48,659 nt of DNA from Pseudonocardia sp. (lineage in GTDB: Bacteria > Actinomycetota > Actinomycetes > Mycobacteriales > Pseudonocardiaceae): NCBI GenBank assembly GCA_029266775.1, contig JAQSWF010000004.1, positions 1 to 48,659 of the forward strand, read 5' to 3'. The translations under genes were made by a program, and so were the position numbers. Below the pieces are notes generated by a model that had not been told where the DNA came from, did not search any database, and saw only the letters and a program-made list of their open reading frames with translations. Every line of letters begins with the position of its first letter. The first letter of the stretch is position 1. Shown in pieces: positions 22,088 through 31,797 of the stretch.

Positions 22088-24763
22088 CTACGTCGAGCAC
22101 GGGGGCGGGAGTGCCGGCTGATCGTCGGGCACGTGTCGAATCGAGAGCAGCCCCCGCTCGTGCGCCGCGACGACCGCGCTGCGGCGGGTACTGACGCCCA
22201 GCTTGGCGTAGATCGTGCGGGTGTGCGACTTCACGGTGTTGATGGAGATGCCGAGCTCCTCCGCGATCTCATCGAGCGAGAGAAGCGTCGGCAGCAGGGC
22301 CAGCACGCCCGACTCACGCGCGCTGAGCACGGTGTCCCCCGACGCCTCCTGCCGGCGGTGCAGCACCCCCAGCGCGGCCTCGGCGATCGGCTCCGCGTCA
22401 CCGAAACTGCCCATCTGGTGCACCAGGAGCTCGTGCAGGGCCGGCCCGGCGAGCACGAACGGTCGAAGGACCCCGAGCGGAGCCGCCACGGTGAGCGCCC
22501 GGCGCAGGGCCCGGCGCGCGCTCGCGCGATCACCCGCCGACAGATCGAGCTGCGCTTCGACGAGCTGCGCCTCCACGATCGAGTGCCGCAGCAGCGGCGG
22601 CGTCGATCCATCGAGGAGCGGACGGAGGGCGTCGCGGGCCGCTGCCACCCGACCCGCGCGTGCTTCCTCCCACGACCGCATCAGCTGCGTCTCCCCACAG
22701 TCACCGGTTCGGCCGGTCGACCAGCTCAGGACGCTGCGGGCAGCCGTGCGGTGACCGGCCGTCAGCGCGGCCCGGTACTCCAGCACCGCGACGGCCGCTG
22801 CCTGTACCGCCGCGACGTGACGGTCCCCGTGGTTCGCGCGGGCGTGGTGCATCTGCTGCAAACCGGCCGCGTGCTGCCCACGGTCGAACGCGGCGGCCCC
22901 GAGGACGAACCGAAGACCGAACTCGACCTCGCGGTCGAGTGCTCCTGAAGCGCCCTGACCCTGCCCCGCCAGCCGGTACGCCTCGGCCGGCTCGGCGCGC
23001 AGCAGCGCGCCGTAGGCCAGCACGACCTGCGCCGCGCTCGACCAGGTGGACCGCTGCCACCCGTGCTCGGCGGCGATGCCGAGGGCCCCCTCGGCTGCGG
23101 CGGTCATGGTCTCGCACCGGTCGAGGCCCGCCGCCGCCGCAGCGCTGAGCGCCTGGCACTGCATCTCCAGATAGTCGAACGTCTGGGCGCGGGCGCGGTC
23201 GAGGGCACCGCTCAACAGTTCCAGTGCGGCGCGGGCGTCGCCCCTCTCGGACAGGAGGTCGGCACCGCGTCGGAACGCTGCGAGTGCGGAGACAGCTGCT
23301 CGTGAGACGCGGTGGTCTGCACTGCCCGGCACGTCGTCCGCTGCAGCAGCGACCACCCTCCGAAGCGCGGCGAGCTCGGCTCCAGCCGGAAGGGCCCAAG
23401 CCTGACGCGTCCGCTCGCGGTTCACCTGCAGGCTGTCCGCGGTACCTGCGCCCGCAGCCGCCGGGTTCCGGCCGTCGACGACCGCGATCTCGTCCGCCGT
23501 CGACGCGGCACGGACGGCGGCGTGCACTGCTGCGAGCAGCGGCTGTCGAGCGACTGCGTCGCCGGCGACCGTCAGGGCGCGACTCAGCAGGGTATGGTCG
23601 CCGGTGAGCAGCAGCGGAACGGCCCACCGGACCAAGAGGTCGGTGAGCACCTCCCCCGACGCACCGTCGATCGCCTGCGACAGGGCTTCCACCGGCCGGC
23701 CGCGCGACGCCCACCAGTTCGCAGCCCATGCGTTCAGCTGCAGGATCAAGGCGGGTCGCTGTCGGGCGAGCTCGGCACGGAGGTAGGAGCGCAGGAGAAC
23801 ATGGACCCGGTACTCCGACCGCCGTGGGCCACGAGTGATCAGTCCTGAGTCGTGCTCGAGCGCGTTGAGCACCTGCGGGGCGTCCGGCCGGCCGGACAGC
23901 TCGATGGCGAGCTCCGAGGGAATCGGGTCGCACACGCTGACCAGGCTCAACAGGTCTCGCGTTTCCGCGGCCATGCTCTGGAGGACCTCGCCGACGAGGT
24001 AGTCGGCCACCGAGCGGTCGTCTCCGGAGAACTCGGCGAGAAAACGCTCGGGATCGTCCGCGGCGCTCAGCGAGGACGACGCGAGCCGCACTCCGGCCGG
24101 CCAGCCGTCCGTCCCTTCCTGCAACACGGCGATCTGGGCCGGCCCCAGGCTCGGCGCGGCGCGGGCGAGCAGCTCGGCTGTCTCTGCACGGGTGAAGCGC
24201 AACTGCTCGGCCCGCAGCTCCCCGAGCCTGCCCTCGAGGCGAAGGCGCACCAGGGACAGTGGTGGGTCGAGCCGGGACGAGAGTGTGAGGCGGACGGTCG
24301 GAGGGAGGTGCCGGACGAGTTGCCGTATCACGCCCAGCGCGTCCCTGTCGACGACCTCCTGCAGGTCGTCGAGGATCAGCCGGACCAGTACCGGTAGCTC
24401 ATGGAGAGCGTCGACGAGGTCCGTCCAGAACTCGTGGCGCGTCGCTCGATGCGGTACCCCGAGCTGGTTCACGGCATTGTCCGCGGGCACAGCGGCGCAG
24501 CGCCCGAGGGCAGCCACGATGCCGGCGCACAGCCGTTCGGGGTCGTTGTCGTCCCGATCGAGGCTCACCCACGCCGTGGTGTCGTCCGCCGTGCGGCGCG
24601 TCCAATCGGCGAGCAGCAAGGTCTTGCCGTAGCCCGGCGGCGCGCACACGAGCGTCACCTCGCCCTCCCCGGCCTCCAACGCGTCGAGCAGACGCCTCCT
24701 GGAGATGAACTGGGAAGGCAGCTCGGGGACTGACGTCTTGATACGGGGAATTCGCACGGCCAC
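22088..24763 (-). CDS. MalT-like LuxR-family regulator 4
   Basis: APPGYGKT, LILDDL, SSRLDPPL, TDGWPAGVRLA, LSARESGVL...SINTVKSHTRTIYAKLGV. Confidence 0.93.
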   Translation of the reverse strand: MAVRIPRIKTSVPELPSQFISRRRLLDALEAGEGEVTLVCAPPGYGKTLLLADWTRRTADDTTAWVSLDRDDNDPERLCAGIVAALGRCAAVPADNAVNQLGVPHRATRHEFWTDLVDALHELPVLVRLILDDLQEVVDRDALGVIRQLVRHLPPTVRLTLSSRLDPPLSLVRLRLEGRLGELRAEQLRFTRAETAELLARAAPSLGPAQIAVLQEGTDGWPAGVRLASSSLSAADDPERFLAEFSGDDRSVADYLVGEVLQSMAAETRDLLSLVSVCDPIPSELAIELSGRPDAPQVLNALEHDSGLITRGPRRSEYRVHVLLRSYLRAELARQRPALILQLNAWAANWWASRGRPVEALSQAIDGASGEVLTDLLVRWAVPLLLTGDHTLLSRALTVAGDAVARQPLLAAVHAAVRAASTADEIAVVDGRNPAAAGAGTADSLQVNRERTRQAWALPAGAELAALRRVVAAAADDVPGSADHRVSRAAVSALAAFRRGADLLSERGDARAALELLSGALDRARAQTFDYLEMQCQALSAAAAAGLDRCETMTAAAEGALGIAAEHGWQRSTWSSAAQVVLAYGALLRAEPAEAYRLAGQGQGASGALDREVEFGLRFVLGAAAFDRGQHAAGLQQMHHARANHGDRHVAAVQAAAVAVLEYRAALTAGHRTAARSVLSWSTGRTGDCGETQLMRSWEEARAGRVAAARDALRPLLDGSTPPLLRHSIVEAQLVEAQLDLSAGDRASARRALRRALTVAAPLGVLRPFVLAGPALHELLVHQMGSFGDAEPIAEAALGVLHRRQEASGDTVLSARESGVLALLPTLLSLDEIAEELGISINTVKSHTRTIYAKLGVSTRRSAVVAAHERGLLSIRHVPDDQPALPPPCST

Positions 24764-24774
24764 TCACCCCCGCC

Positions 24775-25239
24775 TCAGGTTGGTCGACCGCCGACCCGTT
24801 CCGCGGAGCCCGAGGACTGCCCTGTCCCGAGCGCCTGGGCAGTCTCCCTCGCACAGGCCTTGGCTTCAGCATGCGCACTGTAGTCCGCGATGTCCTTGAG
24901 CAACCTGCGGCGGACCTTCGGCTGCTGGGCGAGCGCCGTCGCCAGGACGGTGAGCAAGAACCACATCGTCAGGCTGCTCACCACCACGCTGATCGCTGGA
25001 ATCATGGCCTCGCCCCATCTCGCTGCCAGCTCGCGAGCTGCCAACGCCCGCCAGATGAGCATGAAGTTGACGAGGTAGCCGATCAGGTAGGACACGACGA
25101 ACGCAAGGGCGAACTGCTTGAGCGTCCCGGAGCGTCGGCGGTTCCTGATCGGCTCGTCCAGGTTCGGCAGCAGCACTGACAGGACGTTGTCCACGCCCAG
25201 CCAGAGCACGATGCGACGAAGCTCATCGCGTTGATGCAC
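24775..25239 (-). CDS. Hypothetical membrane protein (5' end uncertain, possibly frameshifted)
   Basis: Hydrophobic segments FALAFVVSYLIGYLVNFMLIW and ISVVVSSLTMWFLLTVLA; GC-ending codons. An upstream frame (..NAMSFV) could join with one added base at about 25214. Confidence 0.5.
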   Translation of the reverse strand: MHQRDELRRIVLWLGVDNVLSVLLPNLDEPIRNRRRSGTLKQFALAFVVSYLIGYLVNFMLIWRALAARELAARWGEAMIPAISVVVSSLTMWFLLTVLATALAQQPKVRRRLLKDIADYSAHAEAKACARETAQALGTGQSSGSAERVGGRPT

Positions 25240-25299
25240 ACGCCTCCACCCATGACGATCGAGATCACGACAGATACTCCCGGACCGACGGTGTGTCCA

Positions 25300-25316
25300 T
25301 CACCTCTCCCGGGTGA
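25300..25316. promoter_or_regulatory. Palindromic operator TCACCT-CTCCC-GGGTGA
   Basis: Matches consensus; lies between divergent genes. Confidence 0.62.
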
Positions 25317-25493
25317 TTGGGTGCGAGGGGCTGCGTCGGGTGAGGTCCGCAACCGGCTCGACTCGACCGAGCCCGAGGTGGGACGCTGGCGGGCATGCGG
25401 TGGGCTCGATGAGCACCGTCGTCCGCCTGCTGGGCCACGTCGCGCTGGTGGAGGAGGTCGGGGTGTGAGCGCGCGAGGTCGCCGGAGCGGCCC

Positions 25494-26930
25494 GTGACGA
25501 CCCGGGAACGCCTTCGGACCGTGCTGCCGGCGGGCCTCGCGGCAGTCGCGGCGGCGGCCGTGCTGCTGCCCTGGTGGCGTGCCGACCGTGGGGCGGTGCT
25601 GCTGGGCGCGGGGCCGCTGGAGGAGCTGGCGCCGGACCGGTGGACGGGGATCGAGGCGGCGGGCCCGCAGGCGGCAGTGCTCGGCGGGCTCGCGGTGCTG
25701 GCCGCGGTGCTCGCGCTGGGGGTGGTGGCGCGGGCCACAGGGGCGGCGCCTCCGGCCCGGCTCGTCCTGCTCGCGCGGTACGCGGCAGTGGCCGCCGGGG
25801 CCGTGGCGGTCGCCGTCGCCGGCACGGTGCTGGTGGACCGTGGCGCCGGCCGCGCGCCGGGGGCGTGGGTGGCGCTCCTGGCCGGTAGCGCAAGCCTGGT
25901 GGCCGTGATCTGGCTGCGAGGACCGACGCAGCGCGGGCGCGTGGCGGTCGTCGCCGTGGTGGTACTGGCCGTGGTCGCCGTGGTGGCCGTGGTGGCCGTG
26001 GTGCCCGCCGTGCCACAGCCGCCGCACCGTGACGCAGTCGGGCCGTTCCTGCCGGTCGCCGCCGTCGGTCCGTTCCCGCTGCGCAGTGGCGCTGCCGGCC
26101 TGGCCGCAGCAGACGACGCGCGTCCGGTCCTCGCCGACGGGTCGCCGGGCCTCGTCTCCCGGGCCGGGATCGTCGTCGCGGACGACCGCGGGCGGGCCCA
26201 GGTCCTGGCCCGCACCGACCGAGGTGCGCCGGCGCCGCTCGGCGTGGCCGGCGACCGGCTCGCCCGGTGGACCTCCGCCGACACGGTGACGGTCTCCGGG
26301 CTGCGGCCGGACGACGCGCTCCACGTGGTCGTCCGCGGGGTCACCGAGGCCGGCCCGGTCGGGGCGGACGGCTCGCTGTGGCTTCGCACCGACGCGGACC
26401 CCGACGAGACAGTCCGTCGCCTCGACCTCGCCGAACGCGACGGCACGCAGCGCCTGGCCGCGACCTTCCTGCCGGTGGTCACCATTCAGGAACCCGAGCC
26501 GCCCGTCGACGTGCGCGCCGTGCTGCCGGTGCGGAACGGCGGTCTGCGCGTCCTGGGCGCAACCGGCGGGCTGGAGCTGTTGACCGTGACGGCCGTCGGC
26601 CTTGCGGCCGCCCCCCTCGCGGGCACGGCGTGTGCGGCTACCGGCGCCGCCGGTCTCGCTCGCGTGGCGGCGGACGGCACCGGCGTGTGGTTCGTCGTCG
26701 CGGGCCAGGACGGTGATCGGCTCGCGCATCTCGACCGGCGGAAGCCCGCCGCCATCACGACCGTCTCCGCGCTGCTGCCAGGGCGTGTCAGCGCGCTGGC
26801 AGCACCCGGAGACGGATCGCTGCTGTTCGTGGCGAGCGACGCAGTAGGCGAGGCGCTCTGGCGGCTCCCCGACGCCGCCGCGGCCCTCAGCGGGACGCTC
26901 GGCCCTCCCGACTGTCCGGTTGCGCCCTGA
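25494..26930 (+). CDS. Hypothetical membrane protein, N-terminal TM helices + beta-rich C-terminal domain
   Basis: 478-aa ORF with several Ala/Val-rich helices, then DGSLW, DGTGVWFV and DGSLLFV segments suggestive of propeller blades. Confidence 0.6.
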   Translation: MTTRERLRTVLPAGLAAVAAAAVLLPWWRADRGAVLLGAGPLEELAPDRWTGIEAAGPQAAVLGGLAVLAAVLALGVVARATGAAPPARLVLLARYAAVAAGAVAVAVAGTVLVDRGAGRAPGAWVALLAGSASLVAVIWLRGPTQRGRVAVVAVVVLAVVAVVAVVAVVPAVPQPPHRDAVGPFLPVAAVGPFPLRSGAAGLAAADDARPVLADGSPGLVSRAGIVVADDRGRAQVLARTDRGAPAPLGVAGDRLARWTSADTVTVSGLRPDDALHVVVRGVTEAGPVGADGSLWLRTDADPDETVRRLDLAERDGTQRLAATFLPVVTIQEPEPPVDVRAVLPVRNGGLRVLGATGGLELLTVTAVGLAAAPLAGTACAATGAAGLARVAADGTGVWFVVAGQDGDRLAHLDRRKPAAITTVSALLPGRVSALAAPGDGSLLFVASDAVGEALWRLPDAAAALSGTLGPPDCPVAP

Positions 26931-26946
26931 CCCCTGTCGCTGTCCG

Positions 26947-26989
26947 GAAAGCCACATTCCCGGCACCGCACGTCCGGAACGTGGCTTTC
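26947..26989. repeat. REP-like inverted repeat GAAAGCCACATTCC..GGAACGTGGCTTTC; possible bidirectional terminator
   Basis: 14-bp arms with 13/14 complementarity and a 15-nt loop, between convergent genes. Confidence 0.7.
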
Positions 26990-27013
26990 ACGACGAGGCG
27001 GGGCGGCGCGGGA

Positions 27014-27805
27014 TCAGCCCCATGCCGCGCGACGGGGATCGCCCGCCGTGCTGACCCGCCGCGCGGTGGCGAACAGCACGACGACCGTCGCGACCGCGGC
27101 CGCGACCCCGACCGCGGCGGGAGGATCGTTCAGCGCGATCCCGACGAGGGCCCACACCACGGCCGCGGCGTAGCCGACCACCGCCGTGGCGTTGGTCACC
27201 ACGGCCGCCACGATCCCCGCGGCCACGATCAGGACGAGCACCCCGGCGATCACCGCGAGCGCACCCTGGGCCGGAAGCCCGAGACGGACACCCGTCGCCG
27301 CGGTCCCGGCGACCACGGCGATCGAGACCCACCCGGTGTAGAGCGCCACCGGCAGGCGCAGTGCCACGCGCTCGGCGGTCGTGCTCGAGCGCTCCCGCGA
27401 CAACCGGCCGAACACCCGGGCCAGCACCACCAGCAGCGCGACGATGAGCAGCTGAGCGAGCAGCACGTACCGCGCCGAGAACGCCAGGATCCACAACGCG
27501 TTGAACACGGCCGACGTGGCCAACCACCAGCCCGTGGCGCGGTGCACGTCACGGCCCCGCTGCCCGGGAAGCAGCTGATAGATCGCGTATCCGAAGAAGG
27601 CGAGGTAGATCGGGCCCCAGATGGCGAAGGTCCAGCCGGCCGGCAGCACGGGCGAGCGGTATGCCTGCGCGACCACCCCGACCGACTCGCCGGCGCCCCC
27701 GCTGCCGCCCAGCCACGCGACGGCGATCTGCAGCACGGCGAGCACCGCCACCACACCCGCCCGCACGAGGTCCGCCGTCGAGGAGCGTTGCTGGGTGAGC
27801 GGCAT
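27014..27805 (-). CDS. TspO/MBR-related tryptophan-rich membrane protein
   Basis: LPAGWTFAIWGPIY, NALWI..F, LYTGWVSIA; multiple TM helices. Confidence 0.7.
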   Translation of the reverse strand: MPLTQQRSSTADLVRAGVVAVLAVLQIAVAWLGGSGGAGESVGVVAQAYRSPVLPAGWTFAIWGPIYLAFFGYAIYQLLPGQRGRDVHRATGWWLATSAVFNALWILAFSARYVLLAQLLIVALLVVLARVFGRLSRERSSTTAERVALRLPVALYTGWVSIAVVAGTAATGVRLGLPAQGALAVIAGVLVLIVAAGIVAAVVTNATAVVGYAAAVVWALVGIALNDPPAAVGVAAAVATVVVLFATARRVSTAGDPRRAAWG

Positions 27806-27892
27806 GGGTCCATTGTCGGACTCCGGGTGCCCTCGCGGCCACTCCTCGCGGCCCGAGTACCTCCGGAGCGCACTCTGGGCACCGAAGTGCGA

Positions 27893-28753
27893 TTACTTCA
27901 GCAGCAGGATGTCCAGCCGCCGCGCCGCGACGACGAGCCCGACCACGATCATCACGAGGAAGTACGAGAGGTGCCCGAGCATGCCGAGGTGCACCGCGCC
28001 GGTGGTCAGCCCGCGCATGAGCTCGACGGCGTGGAACAGCGGCATCGCCTCCACCAGGAGCTGCAGCCAACGGGGGTAGACCGACAGCGGGTAGAACGTG
28101 GTGGCGAACAGGAACATCGGCAGGATCGCGAGCGTGACGAGGTCGAAGTCCTGCCACGAGCGCATGTAGGTGGTGGCGGCCATCCCGACGGCCGCGAAGC
28201 CGAACGCCACCACGAGCGCCGCCGGCAGCGCGAGCAGCGCCCACGGCGAGAGCAGCAGGCCGAAGCCACCCATCACGGCGAGGAACCCCAACGCGTACAG
28301 GGCGCCCCGGAGCAGGGCCCAGCCGATCTCGCCGAGGGCGATGTCCACCGGTCCGAGCGGCGTCGCCAGTACCGCGTCGTAGAGGCGGTTGTACTTGAGC
28401 TTGAAGAAGACGTTGAACGTGGAGTCGAACACCGCCCCGTTCATGGCGGCCGCGGCGAGCAGCCCCGGGGCGATGAACGCGGCGTACGGGATGGGCTGCC
28501 CGTCGGGCCCGGGCAGCGGGCCGACCAGCGCGCCGAGCCCCTGCCCCATGGCGACGAGGTAGAACACGGGCTCGAAGAAGCCCGAGACGAACGCCAGCCA
28601 CGCTCGCCGCGAGGCGGTGACGGAGCGCAGCACCAGCGCGCTCGCCCGCCCGGCGTAGCTCCCGGCCGGAAGAAGCCGGGCCCACGCGGGCGGCCTGGGA
28701 ACCGGGACGTCGGGGCCCGCGACGTCGGGCAGCGGCACGTCGCGGAGCGTCAT
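27893..28753 (-). CDS. ABC-2 type exporter permease (NodJ-like)
   Basis: GFFEPVFYL, FIAPGL, LATPL, PMFLFATTFYPL; ATG overlaps the upstream stop. Confidence 0.9.
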   Translation of the reverse strand: MTLRDVPLPDVAGPDVPVPRPPAWARLLPAGSYAGRASALVLRSVTASRRAWLAFVSGFFEPVFYLVAMGQGLGALVGPLPGPDGQPIPYAAFIAPGLLAAAAMNGAVFDSTFNVFFKLKYNRLYDAVLATPLGPVDIALGEIGWALLRGALYALGFLAVMGGFGLLLSPWALLALPAALVVAFGFAAVGMAATTYMRSWQDFDLVTLAILPMFLFATTFYPLSVYPRWLQLLVEAMPLFHAVELMRGLTTGAVHLGMLGHLSYFLVMIVVGLVVAARRLDILLLK

Positions 28754-29640
28754 GGGTGCAGCCTCCGGCGGAAGCGCCGAAGCGCGAGCGCGCCGCCGCC
28801 GGCGAGCAGCACCAGCAGGAACACCACATGGCCGAGGGCGGCCAGTGCCGTCGAGGCGCTGCCGGGACCCGCCCCGACCACGGCGGCGCGGGCCAGCTCG
28901 GTGCCGTGCCACAGGGGCGAGATCCACGCGACGGGCTGCACCCAGCCGGGCAGCTGGTCCACCGGGAAGAACGTGCCGGAGAACAGCGTCATCGGGATGA
29001 GCACCAGCCGGAACAACACGGTGAAGGCCGTGCCCTCGTCGTCGATTCCGGCGGTGAAGGCCGCGACGACCGCCGACACGGCGACACCGGTGAGGACCGC
29101 CGCCAGCAGGGAAAAAGCGATCCCGACCGTGCGGACGCCGCCGAACACCGCGATCACGGCGACATAGATCGCTCCGGACCCGGTGGCCTTGACCGTGAAC
29201 CAGGCCAGGTGGCCGAGCGCGACCTGCCCCGGCGAGATCGGCGTGGCCGTCATGGCCCAGTACACGCGCTGCCACTTGAAGCCGGAGAGCACCGGGTAGG
29301 CGGAGTCGAAGACGGCCGTCTGCACCGCGGACATCGCGAGCAGCGCCGGCGCCAGCCACACCAGGTACGGCACGCCGCCGGTGGCGTCGGCGGCACGCCC
29401 GGTGCCGTCGATCAGGGCGCCGAACCCGAGGCCGAACGCGAGCAGGAACAGCAGGGGCTGCAGGATCGACGAGACGGCGGTGGCGCGCCAGTTCCGCCGG
29501 TACCACGTCCAGTGGTGCTCGACGACGCGCAGGACGCCGGGCACGACACCCTCGGCACGCTCGGTGCGCGTGGGTGGTCCCTCGGCGGCGGGCAACGCGT
29601 CGACGCGCGGCGTGCTCGGGAGGTCGATCCGCTCGGCCAT
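28750..29640 (-). CDS. ABC-2 type exporter permease (NodJ-like)
   Basis: LQPLLFLLAFG, LAPAL, TATPI, PMTLFSGTFFP, SPLWHG. Confidence 0.9.
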   Translation of the reverse strand: MAERIDLPSTPRVDALPAAEGPPTRTERAEGVVPGVLRVVEHHWTWYRRNWRATAVSSILQPLLFLLAFGLGFGALIDGTGRAADATGGVPYLVWLAPALLAMSAVQTAVFDSAYPVLSGFKWQRVYWAMTATPISPGQVALGHLAWFTVKATGSGAIYVAVIAVFGGVRTVGIAFSLLAAVLTGVAVSAVVAAFTAGIDDEGTAFTVLFRLVLIPMTLFSGTFFPVDQLPGWVQPVAWISPLWHGTELARAAVVGAGPGSASTALAALGHVVFLLVLLAGGGALALRRFRRRLHP

Positions 29641-30563
29641 CAGTCGACCAGGCTTCGGCCGGTGAGCCGGAGGAAGACGTCTTCCAGCGACGAACGACGC
29701 ACGAGGGCGGACTGCGGACGGACGCCGTTGCGGGCCAGCTCACCCTGCAGGTGCTCCCCGTCCGCGGTGTACAGCAGCAGCCGATCCGGCAGGACCTCGA
29801 CGCGCTCGGCCAGCCGTGTCATGAGCTCGACCGGCGCGGCGACATCCGGTGGGAACCGCAGCTCCAGCACCTCACGAGTGGAGTAGCGCGCGATCAGCTC
29901 GGCGGGCGAACCCTCCGCGGCGATCACCCCGCCGTCCATCACCACCAGCCGGTCGCACAGCTGCTCGGCCTCGTCCATGTAGTGCGTGGTGACGATCTGG
30001 GTGACCCCCTCGCGCTTGAGCCGGTACAGCCGCTCCCACAGCAGGTGGCGCGCCTGCGGGTCCAGGCCGGTGGTGGGCTCGTCCAGCAGCAGCAGCTCGG
30101 GGTCGTTCACGAGCGAACGCGCGATCGTCAGCCTGCGCTTCATGCCGCCCGACAGCGGCTCGACCGGCGCGTCCGCCCGGTCCGCCAGCTGCGCGAACTG
30201 CATCAGCTCGACCGCCTTCTCCCGCACCCGCGCGCGAGGCAAGCCGAAGTAGCGGCCGTAGACCTGGAGGTTCTCCCGGACGGTGAGCTCCTGGTCCAGG
30301 TTGTCCAGCTGCGGGACGACGCCGATCCGAGCGCGGATGCGCGGGCCGTCGACATCCGGATCCATCCCGAGCACCTGCAGCGTGCCCCCGGAGCGGGGCG
30401 ACACGCAGGCGATCATCCGCATCGTCGACGACTTGCCCGCCCCGTTCGGCCCCAGGAACCCGAAGACCTCACCGCGTGCGACATCGACGTCGATCCCCCG
30501 CACGGCCTCGAACTCGCCGAAGCTCTTACGGAGATCGCGAGCCTGTACGAGACCGTCCCCCAC
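29640..30563 (-). CDS. ABC transporter ATP-binding protein (NodI-like)
   Basis: GPNGAGKS, LSGGMKRR, LLLLDEPTTGLD, TTHYMDEAE. Confidence 0.95.
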   Translation of the reverse strand: MGDGLVQARDLRKSFGEFEAVRGIDVDVARGEVFGFLGPNGAGKSSTMRMIACVSPRSGGTLQVLGMDPDVDGPRIRARIGVVPQLDNLDQELTVRENLQVYGRYFGLPRARVREKAVELMQFAQLADRADAPVEPLSGGMKRRLTIARSLVNDPELLLLDEPTTGLDPQARHLLWERLYRLKREGVTQIVTTHYMDEAEQLCDRLVVMDGGVIAAEGSPAELIARYSTREVLELRFPPDVAAPVELMTRLAERVEVLPDRLLLYTADGEHLQGELARNGVRPQSALVRRSSLEDVFLRLTGRSLVD

Positions 30564-30681
30564 ACCAGCACGCTAACCCGGCGCACCGACAGATTCATGT
30601 CGGTTACCGCCGACGGCAGTGTCCTCACACCCTGTGGATCGCCGCCTCACCCGGCTGCGGCGTTGATCCGCTGGACACGCG

Positions 30682-31092
30682 TCAGAGGTTGGGGAACCAG
30701 AGCTTGATCTCGCGGGCCGCCGACTCCGGCGAGTCCGAGCCGTGCACGAGGTTCGACTGCGTCTCCAGGCCGAAGTCGCCGCGGATCGAGCCCGGCACGG
30801 CCTTCTCGACGGGATCCGTGCCGCCGGCGAGCTGGCGGAACGCGCTGATCGCCCGTGGGCCCTCGACGACGGCGGCGAGCACCTTCCCCGAGGTGATGAA
30901 CGTGAGCAACGACTCGAAGAACGGCTTGCCGTCGTGCTCGGCGTAGTGCTGGACGGCCAGCTCACGGTCCACCGTGCGCAGCTCGAGCGCGACAAGGTCG
31001 AGCCCCTTGCGCTCGATCCGGGCGAGAACCTCGCCGACCAGCTTGCGGCTCACGCCGTCGGGCTTCACCAGGACCAGGGTGCGTTCGCTCAC
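30682..31092 (-). CDS. ndk: Nucleoside diphosphate kinase
   Basis: [28 protein letters not shown]. Confidence 0.97.
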   Translation of the reverse strand: MSERTLVLVKPDGVSRKLVGEVLARIERKGLDLVALELRTVDRELAVQHYAEHDGKPFFESLLTFITSGKVLAAVVEGPRAISAFRQLAGGTDPVEKAVPGSIRGDFGLETQSNLVHGSDSPESAAREIKLWFPNL

Positions 31093-31316
31093 GCGGTTCA
31101 CCCTATCCGCCGCACCATCCGTGACCGGGTCGCTCCCCCGCGGCTGATGGATGCACGCGGGAGACACCGAGATCGCGATCGCCGACCGTCAGCGCACCTA
31201 CGAGCGATCGGGTCGGCAGACCGTGACGTGGCGGCGGCATCGGCATCCCGACCCGCGGCCGCCCGGTCCCCGTGATCGCCGCTTGGGTGCGTCCGCTGCT
31301 GGTGATCGCCGTGCTG

Positions 31317-31730
31317 CTACGAGCGGGGGCCGCCGTCGCCCGGCTCCCGGCGGGCCTGCTGCGCGGGCAGCTCGCCGCGCTCCATCCTGCGCCGGACGTC
31401 GCGACGCATGAGGAGGATCCCGCCCCAGACGGCGGCGAACACCAGGCCCATGATGCCCAGCGCCGGCACGAGCAGCCCGCACAGCACCGTCGCCGCCTGC
31501 AGCGCCAACGCCACGGGCAGGCCCCACGGGCGCCGCTGCAGGCCCGCGGCCACGATCATCGCGAGGGCCAGCCCGCCGATGAGGCCGACCCCGAGCGGCG
31601 TCGCACCGGTCCCGACCTTCGGCAGCACGAGCAGCGCGAGCGCCACGACGATCGACTCGAGCACGAGCAGCGCCGCGAACACGCCGCGCAGCCCCGCGGT
31701 GGGGTCCGGAATCGGGGCAGGCTCGCTCAT
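31317..31730 (-). CDS. DUF4233 domain membrane protein
   Basis: LRGVFAALLVLESIVVAL; usual position between folC and ndk in actinobacteria. Confidence 0.8.
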   Translation of the reverse strand: MSEPAPIPDPTAGLRGVFAALLVLESIVVALALLVLPKVGTGATPLGVGLIGGLALAMIVAAGLQRRPWGLPVALALQAATVLCGLLVPALGIMGLVFAAVWGGILLMRRDVRRRMERGELPAQQARREPGDGGPRS

Positions 31731-31797
31731 GCGGTCTCGTCGCCGGTCCTCGCAGGCCGCGTTCGCGGCGCTGCTGTGTCGAGGGTGAGCGGCCTGC

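Noticed and set aside
14881-24763. Antiviral STAND (Avs) defence system or LAL-regulated biosynthetic cluster
   Set aside because: The C-termini are LuxR HTH domains rather than nuclease or other effector domains, and no PKS/NRPS genes are in the window.
25966-26001. 9-bp repeat GTGGTGGCC as a functional element
   Set aside because: Encodes a low-complexity VVA transmembrane stretch; no further evidence.
27893-29743. 616-aa permease
   Set aside because: Real start at 28753; the upstream part overlaps the other permease out of frame.
31151-31411. Small plus-strand ORF between ndk and DUF4233
   Set aside because: No RBS, overlaps the DUF4233 gene end, no recognisable homology.
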